A DNA stretch of 64,000 bases from Mobula hypostoma (GCF_963921235.1 NC_086108.1:59336001-59400000), one strand, 5' to 3'. Shown: positions 1-12,859, counted from the first letter of the stretch. Notes: generated by a model from the sequence alone, not told the origin. Numbers and translations: made by a program.

Positions 1-881
1 ATTGGTTCTTTCACTACCTGCCACAGGCCTGGAACGGTAGCTGTCTCTTTCAATATTTAGTCAGCTCAATCAGCACTGGTATTACTGAGCCACTGTTAGT
101 GATGGATGTTCAAATCTATCACCCAGGGCTTCCTTCAACTGGTGTTCAATGTGAATCAATATTTGAAGGAAGGCAGTAAGTAATTTGTGTGCTTATTCTG
201 CAACACTATTGATGTTTTTCTGTGATTTGTCACAGAAAACAACATTTTTAATAAATATCTTACTGTTAATCACTTTCCTTAACATTTAAAAAAAGATCGT
301 CTCAAAACATAAAGAACAATTGCAGGGACTATAGTTTCTATTCAACATTTTTCCATTCTGATAGTCTAAATGCCATTCATATTGGCAACTGTAATAAACG
401 TTATCTGTGGAGGTGCCATAAGCCCAGGTAGATAGCTTACATTTCATAAATGAAGCCCAAGGACCAATGTTAAGTTACTCTCAGGTCTCACATTTTGTTC
501 ATGACAAGGGAATCACCAATAAACAAACTGCCTTCTCCAAGATTTCTTTCTTCTTATGTTCCCCTTTGTTATTTAATTGTTTTTTCTCTTTTACTCCTAT
601 ATGTCCACTTCTAGATTGCCTGCAGGTTCTGGCTCTGCATAGCAATTATATTGAACCATCTCCCTGTCAACCATACTTGTATCTATGATGGGAAATTTTA
701 ATTTATTTTAATTCCAAATGTTTTTGCTAATTTAGTCATCTTTCAATTGCATCTGTGTGCCAGAGTGCACCTCCATTTGGTATCACATTTTAAGGAGATG
801 CCAGTAGCTCAGCTTTTAATCTGGCAAGGTTAAATTCTACTATTTAAATTCTACTATATAAAGCTATAAATTCTACCTAGA

Positions 882-1008
882 GTTCAAAGTAAATTTATTA
901 TCAAAGTATATTTATATCACCAGATACTACCTTGAGATTCATTTTCTTTCATCCATTCACATTAGAACAGAGACATACAATAGGATCGATAACAAACTAC
1001 ACAGAAAC
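882..1008 (-). mobile_element. 3' terminal fragment of a Rex1/Babar-type LINE or its SINE
   Basis: Starts GTTCAAAGTAAATTTATTATCAAAGTA, the reverse complement of the tail at ~14675-14710 (TACTTTGATAATAAATTTACTTTGAAC). The same terminus occurs at ~5820 and ~31025. Confidence 0.65.
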
Positions 1009-3204
1009 AGTGCATGGGTGCACTTGGTAGATTTTTGAATAAATGGAACAATTGTTCTGGACAACTTCCAACGTAATAATAAATCAATAGCCCAACACCT
1101 AGGTCAAAAGATACCAAACATTGCATATCTGCATGTTAAAAATCTGCTGCCTGATCCTCGCCTTGTGAAATTAGATTTAGGAGAAAGCCACAGTCCCATT
1201 AAAAAGGCTCTGATAACATTCACTTACCATTGTTGTGGTGCTCATCTTACTTTGGCTAGCAATGGGGGAAAATAAGAAATTCATCATATGTTTGGGAGGG
1301 AAATACTTTCTGATACTTCCAGTGCTGAGAAAATGAGGGGGGGGGCAGCACGAGGAGGAAGAAAGGGTACCTGTATTATAGTGGGAGCAGTATGGAGCTT
1401 CCAATGTGATCGTATTGGGTTTGCTGACAGTGAAGTTCTAAACTCGAGTGAAGTACTTCATCCCTATCCAATATAGAAAGCCATGGGTATCCTCACTAAA
1501 GGGAAGTTATACTGCAGCTATCTACACTTCAAAGACTAGATCACTTTCCTGTTTTTCCTGTTTAGCTGCCAGTACTTACTATTCGAGTGTGGGGCCCCAC
1601 CCTCCCTAATAAGGAGGAGATATTTCCAGCTAGTGAAGTAATTTAAACACAATTTATTTATTTTTAGTGATACACATTTAAATATAGACCAAATACTTAA
1701 AATACATATAAATTTTATAGTGGTTTTCCATATTATAAAAGATTTCCAAATTACAAACTATTTCTAAAATACAAAGGGTTTCCAGGTACAATTCCTATAA
1801 GGTAAAACAACATGCCAATGATTTACAGATGAAAGAATCATCTGTCACTGAAATCAAAGGCAGAAGAATGGATTCTAGTTCACCTTGTCTTTCTGTCATT
1901 CTTCTTGTTATTCTTGGACCATTCCTAACAAGCCTGACTGCTCTCTTGTATTTATACTGTTTCTCTGCCACTTAGCAGACTTCACATGCATGATACCTTT
2001 TCACAAAGGTAGTCTGGAAGCTTTTGGGGATAGTTCTCCCAGGTACCCTCAATTAATGCTGTGAAGCTGATCCTTTGAGTACACAACCTTCCAACTATTA
2101 ATAGATAAGCTATTTCATGTGCTAAGTGATAGTATCAGTCTGGTCATTAGCTTCCTTGAGCTAAATAACTTAGATAGTATTTTCTAATTTGATACAAGCT
2201 AATTGACATAACCCCATTGTCTTGCATCTGTGCTCTACAGACAGTGTTGTTTGTTTGCAATGATGTCCTTTTAAAACAACACTTTGATCTCTAGAAGAGT
2301 CAGCTGCTATTTTTAGATAGCTGAGGTTAGCAAAAAGGCCCACTGGCACTGTAAAGTGAATAACCATCACATCAAGAAATTGCTGGCCTTCATTTAATTT
2401 CTTTTACCTCATTCACGTCCAGCTAGCTCTACCCTCCTTCAATAGTTCAATACTCAATATCGAACATTCAGCTTCATGACCAAACAACTTCTCCAAAATA
2501 CAGCAGAGATCAGTTAGAGATAAATATTAAATGTTAAAAAATATTGATATATTAAAGCCAATGTTACTGCAATACAAGACCACATAAGGTCCAACCCACA
2601 ATTTGTGATTATCATTAGGCAAAATCTTTAGTCTGTGACGAATACAACAGTGCTTCATGGGTGCAGCATTTCTGACAATGTTTGTTGCAACTGTTCCTTA
2701 GCAACAACTATCTTTTCCAGAAACCAGTGGATAAAAATCAGCTGCACTTAGAGTACTTTCATGTCAAATTAACAGGCATGATCTTTACGAGTTAGGACAT
2801 TTTTATGCTAGGTCTATGATTTAAAAAGAATCACAGAGACAGTTCTGCAGCTCTTGATGTAGACATTTTATACTTCCTTATTAAACCACATTACAATTTT
2901 TACATTAAGAATACAATAATCTTTACCAATATGTAAATGTAATATGATCTGAATCATTTGTACTTTACTGTAGATTTTTAAGGGGCTGCGTAAGTATTAT
3001 CTTGACTCTGATATAGAACAGGCTATTGGCCCAGTGATAAACTTCATTGGAGCAGAGAGCTGAAAGCCTCACAGGGTCAGAGAGAAAGGTCAATCCTGAC
3101 TTTTGGTGCTACTGCTGTGGAATCTGCATGCTATCCTGGGTTGATGTGGTTTTCTTCCAATGCCAAAAGTTGTGGCTTCTGTCCCCTCTTCCTTTCTATA
3201 ATAA

Positions 3205-3410
3205 CTTGGAGTCTTAGCCTGAAATGATGACTGGTCACTTCCCTCCATAAACGCTGCCTGGCTTATTGAGTTCCTCCAGCATTTTGTGGGTGTTGTTCAA
3301 AAGCTGTGAGTTAATCGGCCACTGCAAATTTCCCCCAATGTGCAAGTGGGTGGTAGAAACAGGAAGGAGTAAATGAGTATGTGAGGAGAATAAAAAACTG
3401 AGAGTAGTGT
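3205..3410 (+). mobile_element. Degenerate Penelope terminal fragment followed by a SINE 3' half
   Basis: GTCTTAGCCTGAAATGATGACTG...GCTGCCTGGC...GAGTTCCTCCAGCATTTTGTGGGTGTTG resembles the Penelope termini at ~38380-38455 and ~46690. It is followed by GTTAATCGGCCACTGCAAATTTCCCC, which resembles the SINE body at ~46380. Confidence 0.55.
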
Positions 3411-4239
3411 TGGCGCAGACTTGGTGGGTTAGAGTGTCTGCTGAGTTGATGATTACATGGCACAGTTTCTATGGCCACATTAACAAAAACTACCCAGTGC
3501 AATAGTTCTGCAGTGGAAACAAGGTATTTGCTGTCAAGCTCAGACTGTGAAAAAGCAAGTTCATATCACTTCTATATTGGCTCAAGATCCCAATATTTAT
3601 GATAAATTATTGACATCCTGTCTGGGAGAGGGCATCATCTGGTTTAGCAGACTATTGGAAGGGAGGCTTATGTAATGCTTCACCTCCATCCACTAGTAGT
3701 GTTCTCATTGCTAGTCAGCCAGCTAGACCAAAGACTCAATGCACAATCCAAAGACTGAATCACCTAGGAATATGGCTGCTCTTGGTAACCCTTCAAAGCC
3801 AGCTGCAAGTTCCTCCACCAAAAGAGCACTTATCAGACAGCTCAGCGGCAGCTACTAAAAGGAGACTGCCTAGTGGACCAGGAATAGAAATGGCTGGAGT
3901 GATGGGGAAACTAAGCAAGGAACGTGCATCTGGGTGAAGCAGAGCAATCAGGGTGACTGGAAATGGGCAGTGTAAAGAGAGGAGGCACGGAGAGAAGAGC
4001 TAACGGACCAGGTTGAGCAAAGCATGGACAGCCTGTGAAAGAAAATAGCAAAGCGAGCATGAACTTTGAGGGCGCAGAGGCAGTAAGTGGTGGGGTAAAT
4101 GCAGAGGCAGAAGGGCTAACTAGAGGAGAAATGGCAAATTATGTGTGGACCCAGGAGGGTGGAGCTCAGGTGGACTTTAAAGGGAGAGCTCTGGGTGTGT
4201 CTTAGATGGGCCTGAGAGGAAAGTGGCAGCATGGCTCAG

Positions 4240-5818
4240 ACAGGCCTGAAAGGGATAGCTCAGGATGTGATTCAAGTGCAAGGGATGCCGAAGTATTCAA
4301 GAAGGAAATTAGGAGAAGAATAAGGAGTCATGAGATAACTTGGGTAGAGAAGATTATGGAAGATCCAGAGAAGATTTTTAAATACGGTGTATTAAGAAGA
4401 AAAGAGTAACTAGGGAGTAATAGAGCACCTCAAAGACCAAAGGGGGCACCTTAGTGTGGCGCCACAGGATATTGGCAATATCCATAATAAGTATTTCACT
4501 TTTGTTTTGGAGAAAGACAGGAAGAATTTGCAAACTTATTACAGTTAATGGGGAGGTCCTTACAGTAGAATAGATGCTTGATGTCTTAAAAGTGTGAAGG
4601 TGGACAAGTCTTGACCAAGTTTATCCAAGAAATGTGGGAGGCTAGAGAAGAAATTGTGGAAGCCCCGGCAGAGATATTTGTATCATCGTGACCCATAAAT
4701 GAGTACCAGCAGACTGTAAGATAACAAGTGTGCATTAGGGCAACAAAGAAAAATTCAGGAATTATAGGCCAATTAGTCCAACACCTGTGTAAGGTTACTG
4801 AATAGGATGCTGAGGGATAAGATATATATATATATACATCTGGAAAGATGCGTTAATTAACGGTAGTCAGCATGCCTTTGTGCATTGGAGATTATATGTT
4901 ACGAACTTGATTGAATTTTTTCATCAGATGACCAAGACAGTTGATAAGGTAGGGCAGAAGATGTGGTTCATATGGACTTCAGTAAAGCCTTTGAGAAGGT
5001 TCCACATGTTAACAAACTCTGGAAGGTTTGATCACATAGAATATAATGAGAGCTGGCTAACTCCATATGCAATTCGCTTGATGGTAGAAATTAGAGGGTG
5101 ATGGTGAGTGGAGGTCTATGACTGGTGGTAAGTGAACTAAGGAGAGGCAAATGGGTTTAGATTAGCTGACTGAGCTGTTGCACTCTGTAAAGTCAAATCC
5201 AAGTTGGACTTTGGCTGGGCCCTGGAGGGTGTTTTAAATCGAAGGACCTTAGAGTACAAGTAAATGTTTCATTGAAGCAGATTCACAGATAGACAGGGTA
5301 GTGAAAGTGGATTCCACCATGCTGCCTTTGTAATTTAGGGCATTGAGTATAAAATTTCGGAGGTCAAGGTGTAGTTGTACAGGTCACTGGTGAGGCTGCA
5401 CTGGAATATTATGTTCAGATACTATGCTATAGAAAATGTGTTATTAAACTGGAAAGAGTGCAGAAAAGATTTACGAGGAAACTGCCAGGTTGAGTGACCA
5501 AGTTATAGAGAGAGGTTGGACAGGCTAAGACATTTTTCATCAGACTGTAGAAGACTGGGACGTGATCTAGTAGAGATGTATAGATCACGAGGGGCAAAGG
5601 TAAAATGAATGCACTCAGTTTTTTTCATAGAATTGAGGCTTAAAGAATTAGATGGCTTAGTTTTAAATGAGATGGGCATTACTTAAAAGGAATAATTCCA
5701 AGAGGAGCTTGAGGGACACTTTATTTTATGTACAAAGTGTGGCATCTATATGGAATCAGCTGCCAGAGGAAATATTTGAGGCAGGTACAATAACAAAATT
5801 TTAAAGACAATTGGACAA
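4240..5818 (+). mobile_element. Old degenerate CR1 LINE ORF2/3' fragment
   Basis: Decayed CR1 motifs collinear with the intact copy at 7135-9092: KKEIRR, NYRP (AATTATAGGCCAATTAG), SQH, TNLIEFF, MDFSKAF (ATGGACTTCAGTAAAGCCTTTGA), LERVQKRFTR. Many stops and frameshifts. Confidence 0.85.
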
Positions 5819-6290
5819 AGTTCAAAGATCGAAGTACATTTATTGTCAAAGTATGTATAATATATACAATCTTGAGACTCATCTCCTTTCAGGCAGCCAC
5901 GAAACAAAAAAAAGACACAATAGAACCCATTAGAAAATCCCACACAGTGAAGAGTGCCAAATACCCAATTTGCAAAAAAAAAAGAGCAAATCATGCAAAC
6001 AATAAAAAAGTAAATAACACACAGAACATAAGCCACAGAGTTCCTGGTAGTGAGGACACAGTCATAGAGCCTGTTCAGTGCCGAGGGGTTGCCAATGTAC
6101 ATACAATTTATTATAAATTACTGTAAATTGCACATTGCAAATTTAGACAGAGATGTAACAAAGATTTTTACTCCTCTTGCAAATGAAGGATGTAAGTAAT
6201 AAAGTCAATTCAATTCAATTCAATGGTTGTAGGCCACAGCTGCAGAGTCAGTTGAGCAGTGAGGTCAGTAAACCTCACGGAGTACTGCGG
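5819..6290 (-). mobile_element. Rex1-type 3' fragment (minus) with a nested plus-strand 3' fragment (~6092-6223) ending in (TCAAT)n
   Basis: Same tail type as at 882 and 31022. The inner piece ends AATAAAGTCAATTCAATTCAATTCAA. Confidence 0.55.
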
Positions 6291-7134
6291 AGGAACAGGT
6301 ACAACAAAATGAGCATGTGATATCACAAGAGAAGATATATTTCCAAGTGAGAATGTTGCATAACGGAGAGTTCATTACATTTACATCAGTCAGGTGACAG
6401 CTACCCAGGCTCCCTGGTTGACACTAGTCAAGACTTCCCTAGTTGTTATTCAGCTATGAAATGGTGTGCCCTGCAGGAAAGATATGAAAGCACAGGGTGG
6501 TGCTGACAACAGCAGAGCACTTTCCTTAGGTGAATGGTAAAGTTATAAGCCATGTTCTGTCAGCATATCTGGAGAGGCGTTCTTCATGTAAATGCTCATT
6601 GCCTTCCCCTGCTGCACAATGAGCAAGAGCTATTGCCTGATGACAGCCAGATCAGAAAAGATGCAGCAGATGATATCAAACCTGAGACTCCACAGAGACA
6701 CCTCTGCGGAGTGTCCCCCGTGAGTTCAGCCAGCAGAATCTCACCTCGAGCTTCACTGAGCTCCCTGGTGGCCCAGTGCCTGTGGTTGTAATTATGCTGG
6801 CAAGCATGAAAGAAGCCTGGCCTGGCATGAGCAGCCAGAAGAAGAGGAGAAAGTCTTCTCTCCCACCCACCCCTACGTGCCATCTGTTTGTCTAGCACAG
6901 CAACTGCCTTACGAAAGCACTTCCTGAATATATGGCATACATTCAATTGATTTTCTGTTGTTGGTGATGCACCATCTGTACATTTATGAAGTGGTGGCTT
7001 GTGATTCATGAAGGGTGATATAAGGAACTCAGAGCATCATGATTGCAATCTCTCAGCTCATGAAACTTTGGAAACGACAATAATAGGAAATCCATGTGAT
7101 TAAGATACTTGTTCAGGGAGAGATGAGTTTCCTT

Positions 7135-9092
7135 CTGGGAGAAATTCAGAGTTCAGCAGAGGAGGACAAAGGGCTTAATTAGGAAGGGGAAAAAAGATTA
7201 TGAGAGAAAACTGGCAGAGAACATAAAAACGGACTGTAAAAGCTTTTATAGATATGTAAAAAGGAAAAGACTGATAAAGACAAATGTAGGTCCCCTGCGG
7301 ACAGAAACAGGTGAATTGATTATGGGGAGCAAGGACATGGCAGACCAATTGAATAATTACTTTGGTTCTGTCTTCACTAAGGAGGACATAAATAATCTTC
7401 CAGAAATAGTAAGGAACAGAGGGTCCAGTGAGATGGAGGAACTGAGTGAAATACATGTTAGTAGGGAAGTGGTGTTAGGTAAATTGAAGGGATTGAAGGC
7501 AGATAAATCCCCAGGGCCAGATGGTCTGCATCCCAGAGTGCTTAAGGAAGTAGCCCAAGAAATAGTGGATGCATTAGTGATAATTTTTCAAAACTCGTTA
7601 GATTCTGGACTAGTTCCTGAGGATTGGAGGGTGGCTAATGTAACCCCACTTTTTAAAAAAGGAGGGAGAGAGAAACCGGGGAATTATAGGCCGGTTAGCC
7701 TAACGTCGGTGGTGGGGAAACTGCTGGAGTCAGTTATCAAGGATGTGATAACAGCACATTTGGAAAGCGGTGAAATGATCGGACAAAGTCAGCATGGATT
7801 TGTGAAAGGAAAATCATGTCTGACGAATCTCATAGAATTTTTTGAGGATGTAACTAGTAGAGTGGATAGGGGAGAACCAGTGGATGTGGTATATTTGGAT
7901 TTTCAAAAGGCTTTTGACAAGGTCCCACACAGGAGATTAGTGTGCAAACTTAAAGCACACGGTATTGGGGGTAAGGTATTGGTGTGGGTGGAGAATTGGT
8001 TAGCAGACAGGAAGCAAAGAGTGGGAATAAACGGGACCTTTTCAGAATGGCAGGCGGTGACTAGTGGGGTACCGCAAGGCTCAGTGCTGGGACCCCAATT
8101 GTTTACAATATATATTAATGACTTGGATGAGGGAATCAAATGCAGCATCTCCAAGTTTGCGGATGACACGAAGCTGGGTGGCAGTGTTAGCAGTGAGGAG
8201 GATGCTAAGAGGATGCAGGGTGACTTGGATAGGTTGGGTGAGTGGGCAAACTCATGGCAGATGCAATTTAATGTGGATAAATGTGAAGTTATCCACTTTG
8301 GTGGCAAAAATAGGAAAACAGATTATTATCTGAATGGTGGCCGATTAGGAAAAGGGGAGGTGCAACGAGACCTGGGTGTCATTATACACCAGTCATTGAA
8401 AGTGGGCATGCAGGTACAGCAGGCGGTGAAAAAGGCGAATGGTATGCTGGCATTTATAGCGAGAGGGTTCGAGTACAGGAGCAGGGAGGTACTACTGCAG
8501 TTGTACAAGGCCTTGGTGAGACCACACCTGGAGTATTGTGTGCAGTTTTGGTCTCCTAATCTGAGGAAAGACATCTTTGCCATAGAGGGAGTACAAAGAA
8601 GGTTCACCAGATTGATTCCTGGGATGGCAGGTCTTTCATATGATGAAAGACTGGATGAACTGGGCTTGTACTCGTTGGAATTTAGAAGATTGAGGGGGGA
8701 TCTGATTGAAACGTATAAGATCCTAAAGGGATTGGACAGGCTAGATGCGGGAAGATTGTTCCCGATGTTGGGGAGGTCCAGAACGAGGGGTCACAGTTTG
8801 AGGATAGAGGGGAAGCCTTTTAGGATCGAGATTAGGAAAAACTTCTTCACACAGAGAGTGGTGAATCTGTGGAATTCTCTGCCACAGCAAACAGTTGAGG
8901 CCAGTTCATTGGCTATGTTTAAGAGGGAGTTAGATATGGCCCTTGTGGTTACAGGGGTCAGGGGGTATGGAGGGAAGGCTGGGTTCTGAGTTGGATGATC
9001 AGCCATGATCATAATAAATGGCGGTGCAGGCTCGAAGGGCCGAATGGCCTACTCCTGCACCTATTTTCTATGTTTCTATGTTTCTATGTTTC
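7135..9092 (+). mobile_element. Young 5'-truncated CR1 LINE
   Basis: Uninterrupted RT-bearing frame, then a short CR1 3' UTR (GGCTCGAAGGGCCGAATGGCCTACTCCTGCACC) and a (TTTCTATG)3 tail at ~9065-9092. Confidence 0.97.
7136..8989 (+). CDS. CR1 ORF2 remnant (reverse transcriptase and C-terminal region; no endonuclease, no native start)
   Basis: The 557-aa ORF has KSPGPDG, NYRPVSLTS, QHGF, YLDFQKAFD, GVPQGSVLGP, FADD and RPHLEYC. Manual translation shows the frame is open from 7136 (WEKFRVQQRR...), i.e. from the truncation point. Confidence 0.93.
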   Translation, partial: WEKFRVQQRRTKGLIRKGKKDYERKLAENIKTDCKSFYRYVKRKRLIKTNVGPLRTETGELIMGSKDMADQLNNYFGSVFTKEDINNLPEIVRNRGSSEMEELSEIHVSREVVLGKLKGLKADKSPGPDGLHPRVLKEVAQEIVDALVIIFQNSLDSGLVPEDWRVANVTPLFKKGGREKPGNYRPVSLTSVVGKLLESVIKDVITAHLESGEMIGQSQHGFVKGKSCLTNLIEFFEDVTSRVDRGEPVDVVYLDFQKAFDKVPHRRLVCKLKAHGIGGKVLVWVENWLADRKQRVGINGTFSEWQAVTSGVPQGSVLGPQLFTIYINDLDEGIKCSISKFADDTKLGGSVSSEEDAKRMQGDLDRLGEWANSWQMQFNVDKCEVIHFGGKNRKTDYYLNGGRLGKGEVQRDLGVIIHQSLKVGMQVQQAVKKANGMLAFIARGFEYRSREVLLQLYKALVRPHLEYCVQFWSPNLRKDIFAIEGVQRRFTRLIPGMAGLSYDERLDELGLYSLEFRRLRGDLIETYKILKGLDRLDAGRLFPMLGRSRTRGHSLRIEGKPFRIEIRKNFFTQRVVNLWNSLPQQTVEASSLAMFKRELDMALVVTGVRGYGGKAGF

Positions 9093-11072
9093 TCTAGTTG
9101 CAAACTGATGTGTAGTATATATCAGACCCACTGCAGTGATTGTCCCAGAGGCACAAAATGTCAGCATGGCAGTGGATTTCACTTTTGCAGCACTCATATG
9201 CAAGGTTGCTACACTGTCTGCAAAGACATGACAATTTGAAAACTTCGCTCTCCTGGGATGTTTCTTAGATAGTTACAAAATAGGAGCACATTTCTTAAAG
9301 GAGCATGTTTTGACCTTTATCATTGAATCTACTCTAGCCAACTTGTCTTTGGTCTTTTTCCTCCTAGTTCTTCTAAAATATTGTGTGTGCATTCTATGTC
9401 ACTACAGTTCAAACTGGCTTTCCTGCATGTACTCCACAATGAAAGTTAATTAAATAATTTAATCAATTTCATGAGGCAAAGGCAATTAATTGGGCGTTGT
9501 GTGTGAATTCATGTCATCGATCATGCCTAGGATCAGGTACACAGAAGTGGGTGATCATAACCTGTATTATGCACCATGTGTGCTTTCAGGTTGAGGTTAT
9601 ATTTTACTGCATAGTTCTTATAACAAACTTGTATTAAACAACCAAATTCCTAGCCTTAAATTCCATACCGATTGCACCATGGAAGTGTGATTTCTGGCCT
9701 ATATTTTTAAAAACATTTCATTGTCAGTCCAGTAGCTATTAATCTCTAAATGCCACCTTAAGAAAATTATCATCAGTTTGCATTTGGCTTATTTAGATAT
9801 CCATGAGCTTTGTAGGTGCACAGCAATAGAATATAGACTTATAGATTCAGTTCTTTTTGCATTTACAATAAAGATAAAATATTGACATTATTAGTAAACG
9901 CTCAATTGTCATCCAGGGTTTATTTTCCGTCAAGAAGTATGAAATATAAACCTACTGGCTATTGTTACTTCCACAATTCATAGTTTAAATGTATATCACT
10001 GTCATCAGTTTTACAGCAGAAATTTGGTACTCAGGTATAATCAATTACTTTACTGCATCCATTGCACACAAGCATTAAATCAACAAAAACTGTTCTATGA
10101 TTGTTAAAAATTTTGTGCCTCTTAATGCAAAAGAAAACAGTTTCTTATCTTTCTTTTTTATATTTCTAGGTTTCATTACCTTTAGAAATACTGCTGAAAC
10201 TGGTTTTGAAAATTCACAGTACTGCCTAGCCTTTTGTATTCTTGATTACTCCAGACAGAATTCTGCTTCAAACCAAAGGTTTAAGCTATCCCTGTGATAA
10301 ATCTATATTGCATGCCAATTGGTTTCACAAGCATGTGCCCAGCTGTCTCTATATTCAGGCTCAGAGATCAGAAGCTTTATTTTACAGTGTGCTGCACATA
10401 AGAAAATGCCAATCATATTTTATCCTCAATTTTGCAGTTCAAATCAATTGCATGGTGCTAAAAAGACAAAAACCCTGCAATTATGTCTCTAGGTCAGTAT
10501 GCTTTCTGATTCTGAGCAAGTCCGTTTCAATGATCCACAAAAACATAATAATAAAGGATATGTAGCAAGACAGATGGAGGTCCCGATTTACGATCCAAAT
10601 ATTTGCTGGTTCAAGCTCTACTTCCGGGGATGAGGCATTAAATGAAGACTGTCAATGTTTAATTGAGGAAAAAGGGGAGTCCTTGGCAACTCCTTGTGGA
10701 TGGTTTTAAGAAACACTGGCAAGTACTTGGATACAGGTCTAACTTCTTGCCTACAAGAATATGGGAAGCAAAGTAAAACATATTCAAGAGCATAGAGGGT
10801 TTAAAAAAATTGCAAAAATAGAAGACCCTTCTTTTACCACCTGCACTCAATACATTTAGATGGCTTAGAAAATGAATCAATTCTATCTGACTCCATGCAT
10901 TCTAATTAACAAGATCAAATTCTGTGGGTAAATGATACAATTACTTGTAATTGATTTCAACTAATTTTTATTATTTTCCTGTTTAATTTTCTTCATCTTT
11001 TTTTAGTCCTTAACTATTTTGAACATTTGTGTCCTGAAATCCAACCTAATTCTGTCCAATATAAACTTTGTA

Positions 11073-11225
11073 CAGATTGACCTTCACTAATCCGGCACCA
11101 GTGGGACCTGAGGAGTGCCGGATTAGTGAAAATGCCGAATTACGGAAGGATCGCATTAGGCATAATCAGTGCAGGATTATCGAAGGAACTAGATTACAAG
11201 TAGTCAGGTTAGTAAAGGTCGACTG
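11073..11225. mobile_element. Tc1/mariner-pogo (Tigger-like) MITE, 153 bp
   Basis: TA on both sides (11071-72 and 11226-27). Left end CAGATTGACCTTCACTAATCCGG versus right-end reverse complement CAGTCGACCTTTACTAACCTGA. Internal repeats of CCGGATTA-like motifs. Confidence 0.8.
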
Positions 11226-12329
11226 TATTATATCTGTCTTCAGTGTTTGAAAAGATGGTGCTGCACATATGGTTAAACAATATTTCCAACGCACAAATCC
11301 ATAGCTATTGAGGTCTGGCCATTACAGGAGTAGCTCGAGTGTTCAGAGGAGGGGCTGGTGTACAGATTGTGTTTATTTGGAAAATCTGATACTTCTGCAG
11401 ATGCGTGAACCATGAGGTGGTGGTGAGGCAGGCAGGGGTGATGTTGGCTTTATAATCAGTGGGGGACTTAATAGTGTTCACAAGCAAGGAGGGAATTGGG
11501 GGACCAACAGATTTAAATTAAGTTAGACTAGTGTTTTCAGCATCCATTGAAACATAATATAGAGCTTTATTTACAATGCGGCACACTACTTATATGTTGA
11601 CTCTTCAAGTTCCTGGAGTAAACTCAATACTGTATCCTTGAAAATGTTACACTTTGAAGGGTGGACATACCACATAACATCGAGGTAAGTTCAAAACAAG
11701 GGATCGATATCAGCATTCGACATACAATAACACATTAAAATCTTTTCCTCCCTTTCAAAAGTAACATTCAATTACAAGTATAAATGCAATGTACACATTT
11801 GATAGGCAGGAAAAATAAATTCAGTCTAATGGATTTCCAGGATCTTTCTTATTTCTTAAGTGAATGTGATGGTGTTCAATCCACTTTTAGCTATTTTGTT
11901 CTGGATTTAAACTCAAGGGAGATTCTGTTTCTTTATCAGACTTGCTTCAGTTTGGAACTTCACTTCCTGAAGTCTGCAGTGAAACCATCTCTGGCACAAT
12001 TTCAAGACTGAGTGGTTCATCTCCAGCAGGGGTCATTTGAACTAATAAATACTCAGGATTCAGCACCAATTTCAACCAAATATCTTCTGGCTTAACAAGC
12101 TTCTACCATGTTTTCCACCTTCTACTTGTACAGGCTCAATATTCTAGTATGCCAAGAATGTAAACACTCTTTTTTGTGTGAAGCTACATTCCTTCTTTAT
12201 TAAAGTAACAGTGGTGTTTTTGACTCAACAACTTCTGTTCAAGTTAAGAAACCAAATTTGTTCTCAGTCTTTGTGTCAAGAGTTTTGTAGCTATATGCCT
12301 ATTATAATGTGTGAAGTCATTCCATATCC

Positions 12330-12855
12330 CAACAAGAAATTGGGAAAGCAATATTTCGGGAACTTAAATGCTCCATTTTTGCAACATTTGCTCTTTAGAT
12401 CTTCCTTAATTATTTAGCTTAACTTCTCAGCTATCCTATTTGAAGTCATGTGAAATGAAGGAATGAAAATATGTTTACTATCATTCCACTTCATTAAATG
12501 TGTGAACAAAAGAGATGCATATTTACCCCCACTCTGGGTCCAACCAAAGGTGCAGTGATCATCCTTTATGCCATTCTTTACGATCACAAGACACTGCTGG
12601 TTATCAAGAATATCAAGTAATGCAGGTCTACCCCTACAGTAAGTTGCTTGGTAGTGATGGAGCAGGAGCTGCACTTATTATGTACCATTGTTGTGTCATT
12701 GCCTGGACTTGTTGCATACCGTTGTGCTGAGGCAGTGTGCAGTCCAAAAATAAGTTGCAAGTCATTGTCTTGGACATTTTTCTTGTGATTGCAGGACCCT
12801 GTTGGACATTGGTAATGTGGAATATTGGAAATCCAGTGCACTGGTACATTGGCCA
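12330..12855 (+). mobile_element. Very old RTE-clade LINE RT remnant
   Basis: Translates in pieces to CIFTPTL (RTE GCVIAPTL-like) and VQSKNKLQVIVLDIF, which resembles the segment after the catalytic motif in the RTE remnant at ~39600-39660. Confidence 0.5.
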
Positions 12856-12859
12856 AGCC

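Noticed and set aside
832..880. AAATTCTAC repeated three times
   Set aside because: Short AT-rich local duplication beside a retroelement tail; no further structure.
1200..2500. Possible decayed minus-strand LTR or ERV piece (TATAAA and AATAAA in order)
   Set aside because: No termini, TSD, PBS or coding motif could be pinned down.
3850..4230. Purine-rich stretch, possible LTR remnant
   Set aside because: Compositional impression only; no boundaries.
6596..7009. 137-aa minus-strand ORF
   Set aside because: No recognisable domain or convincing splice signals.
7120..9110. TSD around the young CR1
   Set aside because: Only a GTTTC microhomology is visible; no real duplication.
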